Origin: Phoronis australis
Taxonomy: Eukaryota > Animalia > Phoronida
Assembly (NCBI GenBank): GCA_002633005.1
Contig: NMRA01000001.1
Location: 2,272,933 to 2,336,932, forward strand
Reading direction: 5' to 3'
Length of the DNA: 64,000 nt
Positions 34,777 through 49,400 of the stretch are shown here, piece after piece. Position 1 is the stretch's first letter, and each line of letters begins with the position of its first letter. The notes beneath the pieces were generated by a model. The model was not told the DNA's origin. It was given only the letters and a program-made list of their open reading frames with translations, and made no database searches. The translations under genes were made by a program, and so were the position numbers.

Positions 34777-36125
34777 AGCATTTATATGGTGAAGAAAAAA
34801 ACGCACAAAATGGGTGTTGAATGGATGGAATGTCATCCAATAAGCAAGTTGCTCAAATCTGAGGTTTGCAAGCTGTGGCTCCTATTTAGTCGGCTAACTT
34901 TGTTTATCAGAACCGAAGTGAAGAGAGATTGTTACTGTCTCAGTCAATTGCTCTATTGTTACGTCATCTGAAACAGATACTGCTAGAGGATAAAATACAG
35001 GTTTGGCTTTCGTGTTCTTCATATTTGCAAGTAACACCAACGGAGTTACAAATGATTCATGAAGTGCTAACAGTGCCAGCCTGCGTTAAATGTGAAAAAA
35101 TACAAGAAATGTGTGAAATGAGGTGCTAAAATTGTGCTATCTTAATAAATTGAAGATTGTGTGTACTTTGATATTTTTATTGAAAAATTAACATAACTTT
35201 GGTTTTGAAGTTAAAATGCCACAACCCAAAACAAATCTGAATTTCCTAACACAAACAGAATAACACAATCATGGCTTACCAAAGGTGAAATGTACTTTCG
35301 CCCTGCGCATGCACGTTTCGTTATAAGTTACAGAAACACTATCATGAAATCATCTTGATTCTATTTAATCTCAATGACTGTAGCTCTTGCATAACTATTA
35401 ATTTCTACATAAAGCAAACAGCGGATGGCATGTATGGTGTTAATACTGCAGCCAATACGGGCAACAGTGCAGCTTATGATATTAACAATGTGCCACCAGC
35501 AATAATGACAACACCATCAACTTGTATTGGTTATGTAGACCATAACGACATCGTGGCTGAAAGTGACACCATCAGCAACACAAATACCATTCACAGACAC
35601 CATTGACAACACCACTGCCAATAGTGATGACGACAATGAGTTAACAACAACCCTGACATCAACCGCAGGAGTTGACGGGGTCAATCAACAAGAAAGTAAG
35701 AAATGATCACTAGATCTCACAACCATTCTTATAGTTTCAAGTTCGAAATTTTAGGGTTGGACAAAATTACTGCAATTTAGCAATGGAAAAAGTCCCACCA
35801 GGGTAAGAAAACTTGTGGGAGTACAAGACCCAATTCAATTTTTGTTTTTAGCCTGAGCTACACAGGGAGAAAAACAGTTTTAATAAACTAGAGCGTACAA
35901 TGGTTTGTCCTATGTTTCCAGGTAGCAAAAGTTAATAAATTTAAAGCAATACCATTGCAATTTGCATTCAACTATTAAGTAAACATGCTCCAGTCCTGGA
36001 GGCTGTCAAATGTAATGTGGATATACGGACAGTGGAGATGTGTCATTGAGATGATTGACATTTTAAAATTATTTTTGATGTAGACTGGGGTTGCTTTTCC
36101 ACCATTTTAGTATAAGTTTAGATAA

Positions 36126-36932
36126 GGGCTGTTCCAGCAAAATCTGTATGAGAGGGGGGAAGGCACTTTTATTTCGTACCCACCGCCCATATTTTTCATT
36201 TATTTCTCCAACCCATGACCCATAATTTTTTAATTATTTTTAATAGGTCAAAATATAAAATCCAACACTTGCAAACAAATTGCCTCCAGGAGGACCTGTT
36301 AAGAACTTAGATGATTGACAGACAAGAACTAGTTGTCTTGTCCAATATTGTCAAAAACTAAAGTAGTCTGTGAGCAATACTTTTGGCAGCCACCAGGTGA
36401 CTCTGTTCACCATGAACATTTTTTCAATTATAAGGATCTACGAATCTCAAACTGTCTCCACGAACTCTTTTATACTTCTATGTCAAGTGAATATTGGAAC
36501 TTGCTTATCTTACTCCTCATACGTTTTATTGAAAAATCATCAATTTTCGTATATGTGTTAACACCAGTTTAGTGTTGCATAACTTTTCAATTCAATAGGA
36601 CTGCAGACAAACAATTGGCTCAAATCAAGTTGCCCATGACTTAATTAATGGCTTAGCGGACGTATTGCACTCTGTTCACTGGCAATATGGGCTTTTTTGT
36701 ATTGGGGTAAGTTAGGAATGGATATATGCCAATAGCATTTTTTTGAGTTTTGAGGGCTGAAGTAACCAACCTGTCAACATTAACAGGTCAAAAAATACCA
36801 CCCATTTTAAACGCATCACTTCTTACAGGAACGACCACCCATAATTTGAGTCTTTTCCTCAGACCACCACCCATGAATTTTTATTTCTACTGCCGTCCCC
36901 CCCCTCCCACACAGATTTTACTGGAACAGCCC
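36126..36932. mobile_element. PIF/Harbinger-type non-autonomous element (TAA TSD)
   Basis: taa|gggctgttccagcaaaatctgt ... acagattttactggaacagccc|taa. Confidence 0.85.
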
Positions 36933-37107
36933 TAAAGTAATAATACTATCCAGAAAACCAATTGTTACAGGTGACAGAGCAAAAATGATTTTCACCTGCT
37001 GTGTATAATCAATAATTGTTACAATACATATACTATCAATTTTTGTTTTCCATTTCCTTCTTTTTACCTTGAGGAGAAGTTGATGAACTTGTACCTGATA
37101 AGATAAT

Positions 37108-38022
37108 TTAATTCTCGGATGAGCTTTTTGGAATGACCTTTGACGTTATTTTATGATCCTGTTTTGATTCTGGCAACGTTGCATGTCCTTCAGAGCCTTG
37201 TGTGCAGATGCTTGCTCTAGTCGACTGTGCCACAATGTTGGTAGCACCACGTGTGAGTTGGTGATGGTTGACAGGGGTCACAACATCTCGCCTTTGATGA
37301 GAGTTTTCACCGTGAGAGGTAAGCGTGCCATATTTAGACAGTTGTGTAGTCAAACGAGTGGCAGTATCTAACTTTACCTGAGACTTATGACCAGTGTTGG
37401 CATTGTGGGATACTTGTAACCCTTCCTCAGATTCAACATAGCCTCTCTTGTTTTGGCGACGGCTATTGGCAGTAGATTTCTTTGTTGTTGAGGAACTGAT
37501 GCCAGTTTTATGAGCCAGTTGGCCACTAGTCTGAGGGCGCTGTAGAGTACCACGACCACGAGTTGCCTGTGGAATTTTCTGATGCGGTAGATGGTCTGCA
37601 GGCTTACTGGCAACTTGAAGTCTCTGGGTGGGTGGCATCTGACCAACAGTGGCAGACAGATGGTTTGTGACAACAAAAGATGAATCTTTAGAGAGGTCAA
37701 CAGTCAAGGTTGTTCGATCAGTGGACTCAGGATTAGTAGTAGTTTTTACTGTACTTAAGCTTGAGTCAGTTGATTCAGTGGCTGAGTCGTTGGACTCTGT
37801 TGCACTTCGCCGAGAGGAGCTTATGGTAGTGATGTCTTTTGTTACACTAGACTTTGTCTCGTTTGTGGACACTACAGATGGAGATTGTGTTCTCTTTGTG
37901 GCCAGATGAGACATGCGGTCGGAGCCAAACGACTGGTCAACTGTTTTGCCATAGTCCGTACCCAAAGACTCACGGTTCGGCGGGACTGGTGGTGGAGTAT
38001 AAACAGCACCAGGAGCTGTTAA
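37108..38022 (-). CDS. About 300-codon Ser/Thr-rich, low-complexity terminal exon; probably the cytoplasmic tail of CATSPERG, otherwise a separate gene
   Basis: About 915 nt stop-free in AT-rich DNA (LTAPGAVYTPPPVPPNRESLGTDYG...SSSEN*). No ATG at its start, but acceptors at 38022 and 38015. A phase-consistent path from CATSPERG runs via 40597-40471, 39408-39305 and 38966-38906. Confidence 0.6.
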   Translation of the reverse strand, partial: LTAPGAVYTPPPVPPNRESLGTDYGKTVDQSFGSDRMSHLATKRTQSPSVVSTNETKSSVTKDITTISSSRRSATESNDSATESTDSSLSTVKTTTNPESTDRTTLTVDLSKDSSFVVTNHLSATVGQMPPTQRLQVASKPADHLPHQKIPQATRGRGTLQRPQTSGQLAHKTGISSSTTKKSTANSRRQNKRGYVESEEGLQVSHNANTGHKSQVKLDTATRLTTQLSKYGTLTSHGENSHQRRDVVTPVNHHQLTRGATNIVAQSTRASICTQGSEGHATLPESKQDHKITSKVIPKSSSEN

Positions 38023-40423
38023 CTAGTATAAATAAAACTAAATTATAACCAAGACAAGATAAATTGATGAACACAACCTCATCCTCACATTTACTAAGCA
38101 ACTGATGTTTTGCACATTTAAACTATTTCTACCACGACTTGCATTACGTACCACATAAACATCAGACACATTAATTTTCATTTTGGGCATGGAAAGAGTA
38201 AAAAGTCTGCGACTGCATACTGTTGTAAATCATTCACACATTTTTCTGAAATTGCCATACAAGGTCAGTGAAAGTAGTTTTTTTTAACCATGCTCTTACT
38301 CATACAACTATTTCAGCTGGCCTGTGTGAGAAAACACCTTATTAAAAGGTTTATGGTCTTGGCTCAGAAGACAAATTGCCTCATTACCCCCTATGGGTTT
38401 TAATAGCCAAGCCTTAAATGTTACATCCCAGCCTCATTTTCATTTTTTGCACTGTGTCAATTTCCCACAGTTAGACCTTAGTTTTGTATCTTTTGTAGGA
38501 AGATTTAAGAGAAGATGTAAAAAAAGTTTTCAATAAGGATGCCAAAATGCAGACTGAAGCAAAAATAACAAAAAGGGTCACTAGGGCTGCATATCACATA
38601 GAATTCGTCTGAAAATGGGAAGACATTGTTCACTCCAACCTATTTTCCAAATTCAATTAAAAGTTGTTAAGATACTTAGTAGATAAAGAACCAAATGTAA
38701 AAAATAAAATTGACACTAGGAAGCACAGCGGTTATCAAATTCGTCTGCAAATTTGCTTGAATGTGCCATCCCATCCATGATAGGAACATAGATGTGGGCA
38801 CATAAAAATAGTCCTATCTCACTATTCTTTCTAAAGTGCATATTCATGAAGTGACTATAAACCTGCATTCTGTCAAGAAACTAACTTTTGATTTAGACCA
38901 CTTACCGATATGAACCTGATCCCAACGAACTTGGACGAGAAGTGGTTTCTGAGCTTGGAAAAAAACCTACAGTTGGCAACTGGTCCACAACATGCTTGGC
39001 AAAGGAACTGATGCGTATCAAGCTGACATGTAGAGCTTGTGGTATCCGCCAATGACGGACTGTCAGTTCTGTGCAAGTCCAGAATTCAGTCACCTCTAAT
39101 TCGACTAAGGAAAATCCTAGTCCATTTCAGCGTAACTGGTCTAAGTGAAAAGTTAGGTTTTGTGACGGAAGGTGGATTTGTAGCCACATGAAGAGTTTCA
39201 ACCCCTGCCCATCATGAAGAAGATGCATCACTTTCTCAGAGCGTAACATAAGTAAATGGCGCCCTACATGACAAGACGTGAGGCGTAACTTAACCAAGAC
39301 ATACCTGAACCTTCGGAAGGGATTTATCAAGGTGAATATTAGAGCAACTGGAAGGATCCATCTGCTCATGTGACCATGCAGAGATGACCTGTTCTTTGTT
39401 CTCCTGACCTACAACAATGGACCACCTTACTACACATATCGTATGGATGAGTACCTAGACACTATGCTGACCATTGCATACAAAGCAAAAGAACACAAAT
39501 AAGTTCTCTAATTTAGGACACAATGTGGCTGACTAAGTGAACAATTTTATTCCCCCATTTTTCCATAAAAAAGTACGTAACATTAAACTAATTAAATGCT
39601 TTTTCATGTTCAGTACCACGGATACCATGATCATACAATATTTTGAAAGATTGGGGGTATTCATGACAATATTTGAGCCCCTTGGAGGAATGAAAAAGGC
39701 CACTTCAGGTAATTATTTTTGTGTGAAATTGGTGACATTTTATAGTACCACTGACCTTTTTACGAACACAAAAACAAAACTGATGCATGTACAAAGTGAA
39801 GGTTTATGGGTTTCCAATCAACTTCCTGTATGGTGGCACCAAAATTTTAATGATTCATCAATTATTAGATACATAGTACATTTCACTCTAAGAAGGTCAA
39901 TGGGAAATTAATTAAAGAAATGAAAAATAAATCTGACCACAAATCATGTACTTTGAGCAGAGCGAAATTAAAATTTTTAGCCCAATGAATGGTTGTATTC
40001 TTTAAATTTTCATTTATTAATAATTGTCTAGTGAGTTTGTGCGTTATTATTTGAAAGCAATGTCAACCATGTCACTTGACTAAACAGAAAGCGAACATGA
40101 TATGCACCCACAATGTTCATCCTAAACAGTAAAGATATAAGAGGGGCTCTTTGATAAGAAATTCCGAGAACTGCTCCTGAGGTCAACTAACTTTTCATGT
40201 TCTTTGCATAAACCACCAACCAATTTCATAACATACATTTGGTCTTTCCTCGACTTACTGAGTGCCAAAAAAGCAAAAAAATAACAAAGCATCACTTGTA
40301 TAAAAGTCTCTCAGCTCGTTTCTTGACAGACGTACGGAGAAAATTTAAAGACTTTCCAGCAATAACTTTATGCACCACCTGGACAAAATTAAATGCTCTG
40401 TCTTTGAAACAATCTTAATTTAA

Positions 40424-43400
40424 TCAAGTTTGAATGTTGGCGATGTTTGTGTTGACTGTAAGTGGCTTACTTAAAGACCATGATTTTGTTGTCATTCTAA
40501 TCAACCTACTGTTAGTGTCTTTGTTCCTTGAGCACATCTTGCATTCAGTGGCCACAAAGTAGATAGCAATACCCATAATTATGGCAAAGATGAAAGACTG
40601 AAAATACACAAATCAATGAAAAAGCTGAAAATACATAAATCAGTGGAAAAGGCTGAAACGCAGCAGAACGACGTAACATGAAATCACCAATTGTGGAGTA
40701 CAGACATTTAAGCACAAGGATAAAATTCAATTATAGGGACACTATCACCGAGAACAGTAATTTTCTGAGATCAGCCCCAGTGTGGAATCAAACCTGGAAC
40801 CATTGCAGTCAGTCTTACGTGCTACCAAATCCCAATCAACAAATAGTAGTCAAAAGAGTTACTGATATGGTCACCGGTTTGATTTCAGCAAATGCCCGAC
40901 AAACATGATGGAAAGAATAGACTTGTTACAAAAAATTACAATCAAATCTTATTAAATTTAAAATTTAACAGACTTTATTGCACAGTTTTATAATTCTGGT
41001 CATGAAGTCTGTCCCATTCAACAATAATACAAAACAATGCGTTTTTGGGCCGTAAAACAGATTATGCCTCTTCAAGGTACTGAGATGACATTCACTAAGT
41101 AAACACACGTTTTAGGCAATTGTAGTCTAAAGAAATTCACACACAACCAAATACATCAAGAAAATGCTATGCAAAGCAAGATTGCCAAAATGCATAGACG
41201 ATCTACATCAAGAAAATTATGGTAAAAATTCTCCAGTTCGGGAAATTTCAAATTTAGAAGTACATTAAAATTAAAGAGCATAAATTGAATTTCCTTGATA
41301 CTGAAGATTGAGACATGAGCAATTCAACATTTTATTTCTCAGACAAGTATTGGATGCTATGGTTTGTATCAACAGATTCTGCATAAAACTGTACAAAATA
41401 GCTGCTGACACAATGTTCTCATGCGTTCTCATTAGTGTATGTAGTCAAGTTGAAGGATCATTTCTTGTTCAGTGCAATTCTTGAGTTAGGCATGCACAAT
41501 ATCGCCATTACTTACAAAATTTGGTACAAGCTCCAACCTTGAGCAAAATAGTTATTTTGCACTGCACCGAACTGAAGAGTTTTTCCTGGACTCGTTATTT
41601 GAACTCTTACACCATTCCAACGTTGTAAGTTTGTCCCACTGTCAACATATAGCTGCTGCCTCACTTACCATTCTAATGATGAAATCTGTGGGTATAATGG
41701 CCAGGGGTAGACCATAAACCTTGACCAGGAAGCGTAGAGTGTGGTCACAGAATGTCTTCTTTCCATTCAGGCCACTGAAATAATCACCACAACACTGTAG
41801 TCGAAAAGGACTAATAAAAAAATTTGCAGGCGGTCTAGCACACGTTGTACAAGACATGCGTAGGCCACTAATGTCAACCAATTGCACAGATCACCCGGAA
41901 CCATTTTTATGTTTTATTAAACAAACAGTTAATCTGAGATGAAAAGCTGGAGACCTGACTCAAAGGTCTATCAGTGTGCCCCAGTGGGACTCGAACCCAG
42001 GACCTTTTGTAAATGAATCAGACAACAGTATCCTATTAGGCCTCCTCTAAAAGGACTTAAAAGGTGTTACATAAAAAGGTTTTCTCGAATTTGGACAAAA
42101 TTGTCAAAATAATCATTTTCCATGTTTCAAGAGCTCTCTGATGTTGAAATTTCAACATGTTAGATGGCGATACCTGCACACCTGTTTACTTTTACTGTAG
42201 GTGGCGAAACCTGCACACCTGTTTACTTTTACTGTAGGTGGCGACACCTGTACACCTGTTTACGTCTACTGGAAAATTTGACAAAATAATATCACTGTTC
42301 TGCCATTCTGAGTTTTAAATCAAAGAGACTTCACTGCAACTTTGGGCGCTGTGAACAAGAGATAATTTGTCAACTAGAGAACATTTATTTAATGACTTCC
42401 TAAATGAAGTTAGAGAACATGAGTGCAAATCTCTCAAGATTATCTGAATTGTAATTTCCAAAAAATGATAAGACACTGCATTTTAATCGTTAATGTTCTC
42501 TTAATCAAATAGTATATCTAATGACTTACTTATTGGATACCTCGAGCACAAAATAGAACTCGGGTGTGTTGAATGGTACAGGTATTATGTTGCCACATGG
42601 TGAGTGCTCTCGACACACCCACCTGACCTGGTTGTGTTGCTGCGTGTACACGGGGAATCCATCAGTCGTTGTCTGCACACTATTTTCATCAATAGGAGCC
42701 AGCACTTGAGACTTGAGTTCAGTATATTTACTGTAATTACAAAATGATGTAAAATTCTTCAATTTGAGACAGAAACAGAGGCTGAATTTTGCAAAGCAAT
42801 TAAGTCAGCAACGCAGCTCCTTAATAAAAACACATCTACCACCTTTCTTCAAACAGTTTGGAGGAAAGGAGGCAGATGAAAAAAGAACAGAAACAAAAAC
42901 GAGGCCATTCGGGGGTGCAGTGTAGGTACAAATCATCTAAAACAAGGCACATAAAGACTTACTACATTGCTAGAAATACAACACAACCAATAGTTATTTA
43001 CTGATAGGCATACAGTATAAAACAACTTAATGATAAAGAACTTACCTTTTTGTAATTTGAGACTGTGCTCAATAAAATTCCACTTTTCTGCCATACTATG
43101 TCCGGAATTAATTTTGTTTGCACATTCCATCAAAGATTCCACAAAACCAGTAACTACACCAAATTGAGTGGAAACTACCAGTGATTCAATATGCTACCTG
43201 GAGTAACCACTTTGCCAGAAATGCAATGTTATTGCATGGTTTGTGTATTGATTTGAACCTGGAAAGCCATGCCTAATTTCACACTGACTGCAGAATTTAT
43301 ACCAGGATTTGTCAAACCGCAAAGGAACCAATAACATAACAATCGGAATTCAATGTGAAAGATATGGGACAGTCGGCTTTCTGACCCCTAATTCATTCCT

Positions 43401-46400
43401 GGATTGGAAACAGACAGATTCAAAGTCTGTGTTATTTGAATGACATCAAAGCGACAAGCATTTAATAAACAAGTATTAATTAATGTAACTTAACAACAGA
43501 TTTTAAGGTAACTGAAAACGTCTTTACCAAGGATCACTTGGTTAAGCTTTTTAGCAGTAAACAAGTATTAAAAACATTAATTGCTTAAAATCCTTGATCA
43601 CACCCACCCACACNCACCCACCCATTCACCCACCCACCCACCCATGCACCCACCCACCCACACACACACACGGCATTAACGTCCAAACATTTGTAACCAC
43701 ATCACCCAACTATTTTAAAAAGATTTTTTCGCAAACCGCAGAAACTTCCAGATGCAGTTCTTTTGCAAAAAAATTGCAAATTCACGCAATATAGTCTCTG
43801 CTTAGAATAACATTAGCCCCAAAACCCTAATCACATTAAATACACCTACGGGCCAATGCTGTTGAACGCTTTGATTTCGTCCTCAGTAAAATTCCTCAAT
43901 GCGTCACGATGGTTTCCTCCTGCTACAACTTTCAGTGTGTAGAGCTGGTCGAAATATTTTGACGTTCCAGTTGGCCGATCAACAATTCGAAATACTGGAT
44001 AAAATCCTGCATGAAAATTTAATGTTAATTACAAAATAGCTTAAAACAACAACGTAAAAGCAAGTACTGGCAGGTCGAAACTATTTAAAACAATCATTAA
44101 TTTGACAGAACTATCTTACTCCTAACATTTTCGTAGAGACAAATGGAACCTACACTAAATAGTATAATATTATATTCCAATAACATATCGATAATCTATA
44201 TAAGGTGAGTAATACACTTTTCTGACACAGTTGACCTAATTACACTCATAATGTCTCATCAGATTTATTAATCATTCTCTTTAATACTTCATTTCTGTCG
44301 TAATTCTCATTTGATTTCTCAATCACTGTACAACTTGTAATAGTGTAATTAAGCAATTGTGTAATTGGTGTGTAACTTTATTGGAGGGTCCTGCCAAGAG
44401 GCAGTCACTGGTTGAACAAACTGCCCTCTAGAAATGTCAACATTAAATAAACAGCTACTCAAGCAGAAAGTTTAACGCACAAGTCTATTATATTACATTT
44501 TCATTGCTGCACATTGTATAGATCCCAGCACTCTGAAATAAAAGTTAAACGTAATATATCATAACCATCAATATCAATAAAAAACAACTGATAAAATGAT
44601 ACTATTATCATCATTCCTCGCAATATTCTCACTATCGTATCAATTCATTAATAGTAAGGAATCTTGGTTGAGTTACCCACCATTCTGGTAATACAAGCAA
44701 GTCGTCAGTGGTGGTTCCTCATGGATGCAACCATAATCTTTCTCCTTATACCGTTTTAGTTCCTTCAAAGAAGCCCGATTGTTGAAGACCAGGAATGTCT
44801 CAGGTGGACAGCCCAGTAAAACAGTGGTCGAGTACAGACCCTGAAGTTAGAGTGAGAAAAACAACAATCCAACTTTCCTAGCACCTGATGTGTCAATTCA
44901 GTGTGAAATAGTGATAAGCGTGAGGGAAGGCACAACCGCGGGACTAGTGTCCTGGTGCACATCACTGTCTATATTGGAGAATCAGTGAGGGTGCTTTGGT
45001 ATTTCAACACGTGACTACTGGAGTTTCTATCGTACTTAAAGATGTATTTGCATGCTCCTAACTATGCCATTGTACATCAGAAACTAAATGACAATTTTTT
45101 GCTATTTTAACATAATCTATGCTAAACAAAGTGCAGTGTTGTATTCATTGACAACTTCTAAAATGTGAAAACAAATAATTTTGGAAATAGGTGACCTTAG
45201 CAATAATGACATACCTCACGGGCTCAAAAAGCCCACATCATGCAGTTTTATTTCCCAGCACCACGTCACAATACTTACTGGACACGGTTCAGTGATTTGC
45301 AGTGGATTATTTTCGCAACAAAACTCGTTCTTAACAACATTTGTCAACCTACTTCACATTTGCATCGTTGCCATATGTTCTGCTTCTAACTAATTTGGCC
45401 AAGCAAACACAGAGATGAGGAATTAGCCTGCAAGTTCCACTTTAAAGCTGCATGTCACCCAGAATAGCAGAATAACGAAACAAAAATCGATTAGACCTTT
45501 TATTACCCAGGAGAGAAATCCATTTCCGGATATAGGCAATGTTAAACCATTTTCAAATTCGCAATTTTAAGGTGGGCCAACACCCATGCAATCTGAAGTG
45601 TTTTCTTGAATCAATGAGGGTTTTGATGTTCTTGTTGGTAATGAAAATACACTCCGAGTCGTATCATAGTAAGGACTATTGTGAGACTCATTTTATCATA
45701 ATGCCAAATCAATTTTCAATTTTAGCCACATAAACAGGGCAAAATGCAGCTGGTTTGTGAACTGGGAAAATCATCATGCACTGAAAAAACTTAACACTCC
45801 ATTCCAATACAGCTATTTGAACCCACAAATCAAATACCCTCATCTGCAGTTCATAGTTGTCTTTGAAAAAGCACTTGAAGTCGGAGTTCCACGCCTTGAC
45901 AATCACTGAGACAGGCAGGAGGTTCTGGCCAGCGGGACTCTGCTTCGGAACAACGCTTAACTTTGGCACAAAACTAACCTGAGAAAAAATAGTTACATTT
46001 TAATTATACAGTTGCATTATGGGGAAAAATTGCAGAATCATAAGATATTCAACTTGATTTTTATATTTTATAAACAAAATTTTCCAAGGATACAACATCT
46101 TCAGTAAATTTCTAATAATTCCTGGTCAGGACAGATCCTATACAATGCATTCCACTTGTGCCCAGTCATAATGAAAAGCAACCGAGTGAACCTTTATTCA
46201 AAATTGAAGAACAAATTTTATTGCAGCTAAGACATACCGTGTGGAGAACAGTTCTGTTGACCCGAAAACGCTTGGTCTGTAAAACAACTTTTAACAAACT
46301 GCTGTTGGACGGTATTATGGACAAAATGAGGTCGTCAATTTCGAACAGTGGCTTCATATTCGTGTCTACAAATGGCAAAATTCATTGATTGGAAAACTCA

Positions 46401-49400
46401 CTTGTTTCCAACTTTGAATTCTTGGCAGAGGTAATAAGGCCAAAAGAGCTGACATGAGACATAGTACTGTTCCATAACATTGTTCATGACACTGTTACAG
46501 TAGTCAATGTTGCAGACTGCATTTTCCACCTGCATTCTTTCAGTCTACCATTGGAGTGACGAATAATTTGAGCTAATGCACCGTAACGGCTCCCTCTATT
46601 GGTGCTTTCAACCACAGAATCACCTGCTCTGACCATTCTCAGAGACAAGAACACTGTCAGTTTTTGATTGCTTTATAACTGCTGCACCATGGACTTTTTG
46701 TATGTCACACGCTCTTATTTTCGTTCTCAACAACAACAGTTTCCAAAGTTGGCAGGCACCATTAAAACGTTGAAGTTAAGAAGGTGTTTGTCCGTCCATT
46801 ATTTAAATCTTATAGGTACTGATTTTATGTGACTGTTTGATTGTGTGCTGACATATTTCAAATACACAAACACCAGAGCTGATTAGATGTTCAGTCCACT
46901 TTCTCATAGCTTTAAATAAAAAAATAATGAAGACTAGATAAGATATGGGCCATTTAAGAAATTTAAAAATGATGCAGTCAATTTTTTAAAATTGGGAGAG
47001 GGGCTCTGGTGGCACTATGAGACTGCAGTGCATGGTTTACTGGTATCTATGTATCACTTGGCAAGCCATGGCATGTCAAAGTGTGCTAACCTGCATTTGT
47101 AGTATTGTGCTTTTCAAAATAAGTTCAAGACCACAATGGCTAAAATTGACGAGAGGAGCCATTTGAGTTTTCTTAAGTGATGAGGAGCAGGTTTCAAAGA
47201 GTCGGGGTACAGTTCACTTTTTTGACCTTAGATAAAATGTTAGAGAACCTAAATCAAAATAAAAACGTGATTGAAATTGTTTAATATTAGACAAATGAAA
47301 TAAGAATTATACTAGTTAAAGACACAGTGAGTAGATATACCAAGTTTGAAAATGAGACATAAAGATAAGGTGTTACCGACGATAAGTAAAAAAAAACATT
47401 AATATAATGCTTGAAAACAGATAATGCTATCAGCCCTATGCTATACTCCAGTCTGTCTTGTGTATATGCGACTTATTGTCTTCACCAGCCAGATAAACCC
47501 CTGCTATAAAGAACGGCATCTCAAAATGTCTTCTGCAATAAGACGCATGTCTTCCAATTAATGTACTTTACCGATCCTGTGTGAAGTCTCTAAGGTCATC
47601 CACACCTTAAAGGTATATACATCCGTCACATCCAGGTAGATATACTCAGGTATACGATTGTAAATGGTAGCAATCTCATCATCAAATACCTGAAAATAAT
47701 TACGTACTCTTACGATGCTCACATTCTATCATTTTGTGGAAAACGAAAAAGTCTAAAAAAATATTCCAAAATTTAATAAACTGCAAAATTTAAAAAATAA
47801 TAATTCTAAAAACAATTCACAAAGCTTAAAGAATAATTATACAAATTAAAGAAACATAATCAAAATGCAAAGAGTTGAAACGCATCCTTGACTGCACTAT
47901 GGCAACTACGTCTATATAGATGATGAAGAATATGTTAAACTTGTTCGAAAATGGAAAGACCTTGTCCTCTCTCTCAGAAACCCACTTGCCAAATACGAAA
48001 ATCTAGCTACAAACTCTGAAGATACAGACTGAGGCAAAATGCGAAAACTAGAACTGCCACGAGATACAGGAGTCGTCGGATCCCACCAAAACAAATTGTC
48101 ATCTGTTGCTATGTTCATGCACAACCCGAATGAGGATTTAGAAGATACAGCTGCGGATGCAAAAAATGCCACTAGGAGATGCCACTGTGGTCAAACCCCT
48201 TTGAAAATCAGTCATGCTGTTGTTAATAGACACAACAACCAATTTTCTTAATGATCCTTTTAGCAGTTTGGCAGATAAAGAGAATGCTAATAAATGCAAA
48301 AAAACAGACTCGAAAATAATCAAAATGGCCACTAGGAGGCACAGAATACATAAAATCTGTTTGAAAATGGGAAAGCATCGTGGACTCCTTAATAGAAAAC
48401 TATTAGACAATCCATCAAGGAAATCTAAAAATACTGATTGGCAAATGTAAAAAAAAACTAAATATTATGGGGGCACAGTGGTAGTCCGATCAGTTATAAA
48501 GTCATAGTCATCAGTCTTCAGCTTCTCACAAATACATTATGGCAAACCTCATTACACTTGTGCAAGAGGTTTAGAAGATACAGCAGCAGATGCCAGATGG
48601 CAAAATGCACGTACATGATGTACAGTATATGAGGGCATATAAAAATTTGATACTCAAACCATTTCTTGGAAACAGGAAGAGTTGATGACAAATAGAATCT
48701 TAGAAAACTGTGATTAGTTAAAGAATAAGCATCAGACATGTAGCTGATGACAGTCTTCATTTATGAACCATTCTTTGAATTAATGGTTTACAAGAAAAGA
48801 TAAATGCCTACGTTCAATTTTTTTCTCTTTTTACATTCACTTTTGTTGATGTGATGCAACACATTTCCCAGATGTTCTGACTATCTAAATACTTATAAAT
48901 ATGATTGGTGTGTAAAAACAATACCATAATTTTATACTGCTTATTTCACAGTTATTACAAGCATCGCATTTTTCTTTTTTGTATGACATTAAGAATTACA
49001 AATAAACTAGTTTGTTGTTGCTGAAAAACATGCAATCATGAAACTAATGGTGATGTATTGCAATTCAAAAAGCCATTGGCTGAATGTGGCGTACAGGGGA
49101 AAATGCAGGTCAGCGTGTTCGTTGGAACAGATAGAAACAACAGTTTTGAGTCTAACTCTGTTGTGAAACAGAACACACACCACCTTGAAAAGAACTGAAC
49201 AAGGCATATAAAGGCTACATTTATAATTTAGTCAAGCAATCAAATTACATGTACGTGTAAGGGATACACTATGTTCACAAACAGTTCTAGAAATAGGAAG
49301 CATTCTAAAATCCCCTTCTCTGAGAAGGTGGCTGTAAACGACAAGCGGAAGTTATGTAATGCAATGACCAAGCCAAATGATGCCAACTAAAAAACAATAA

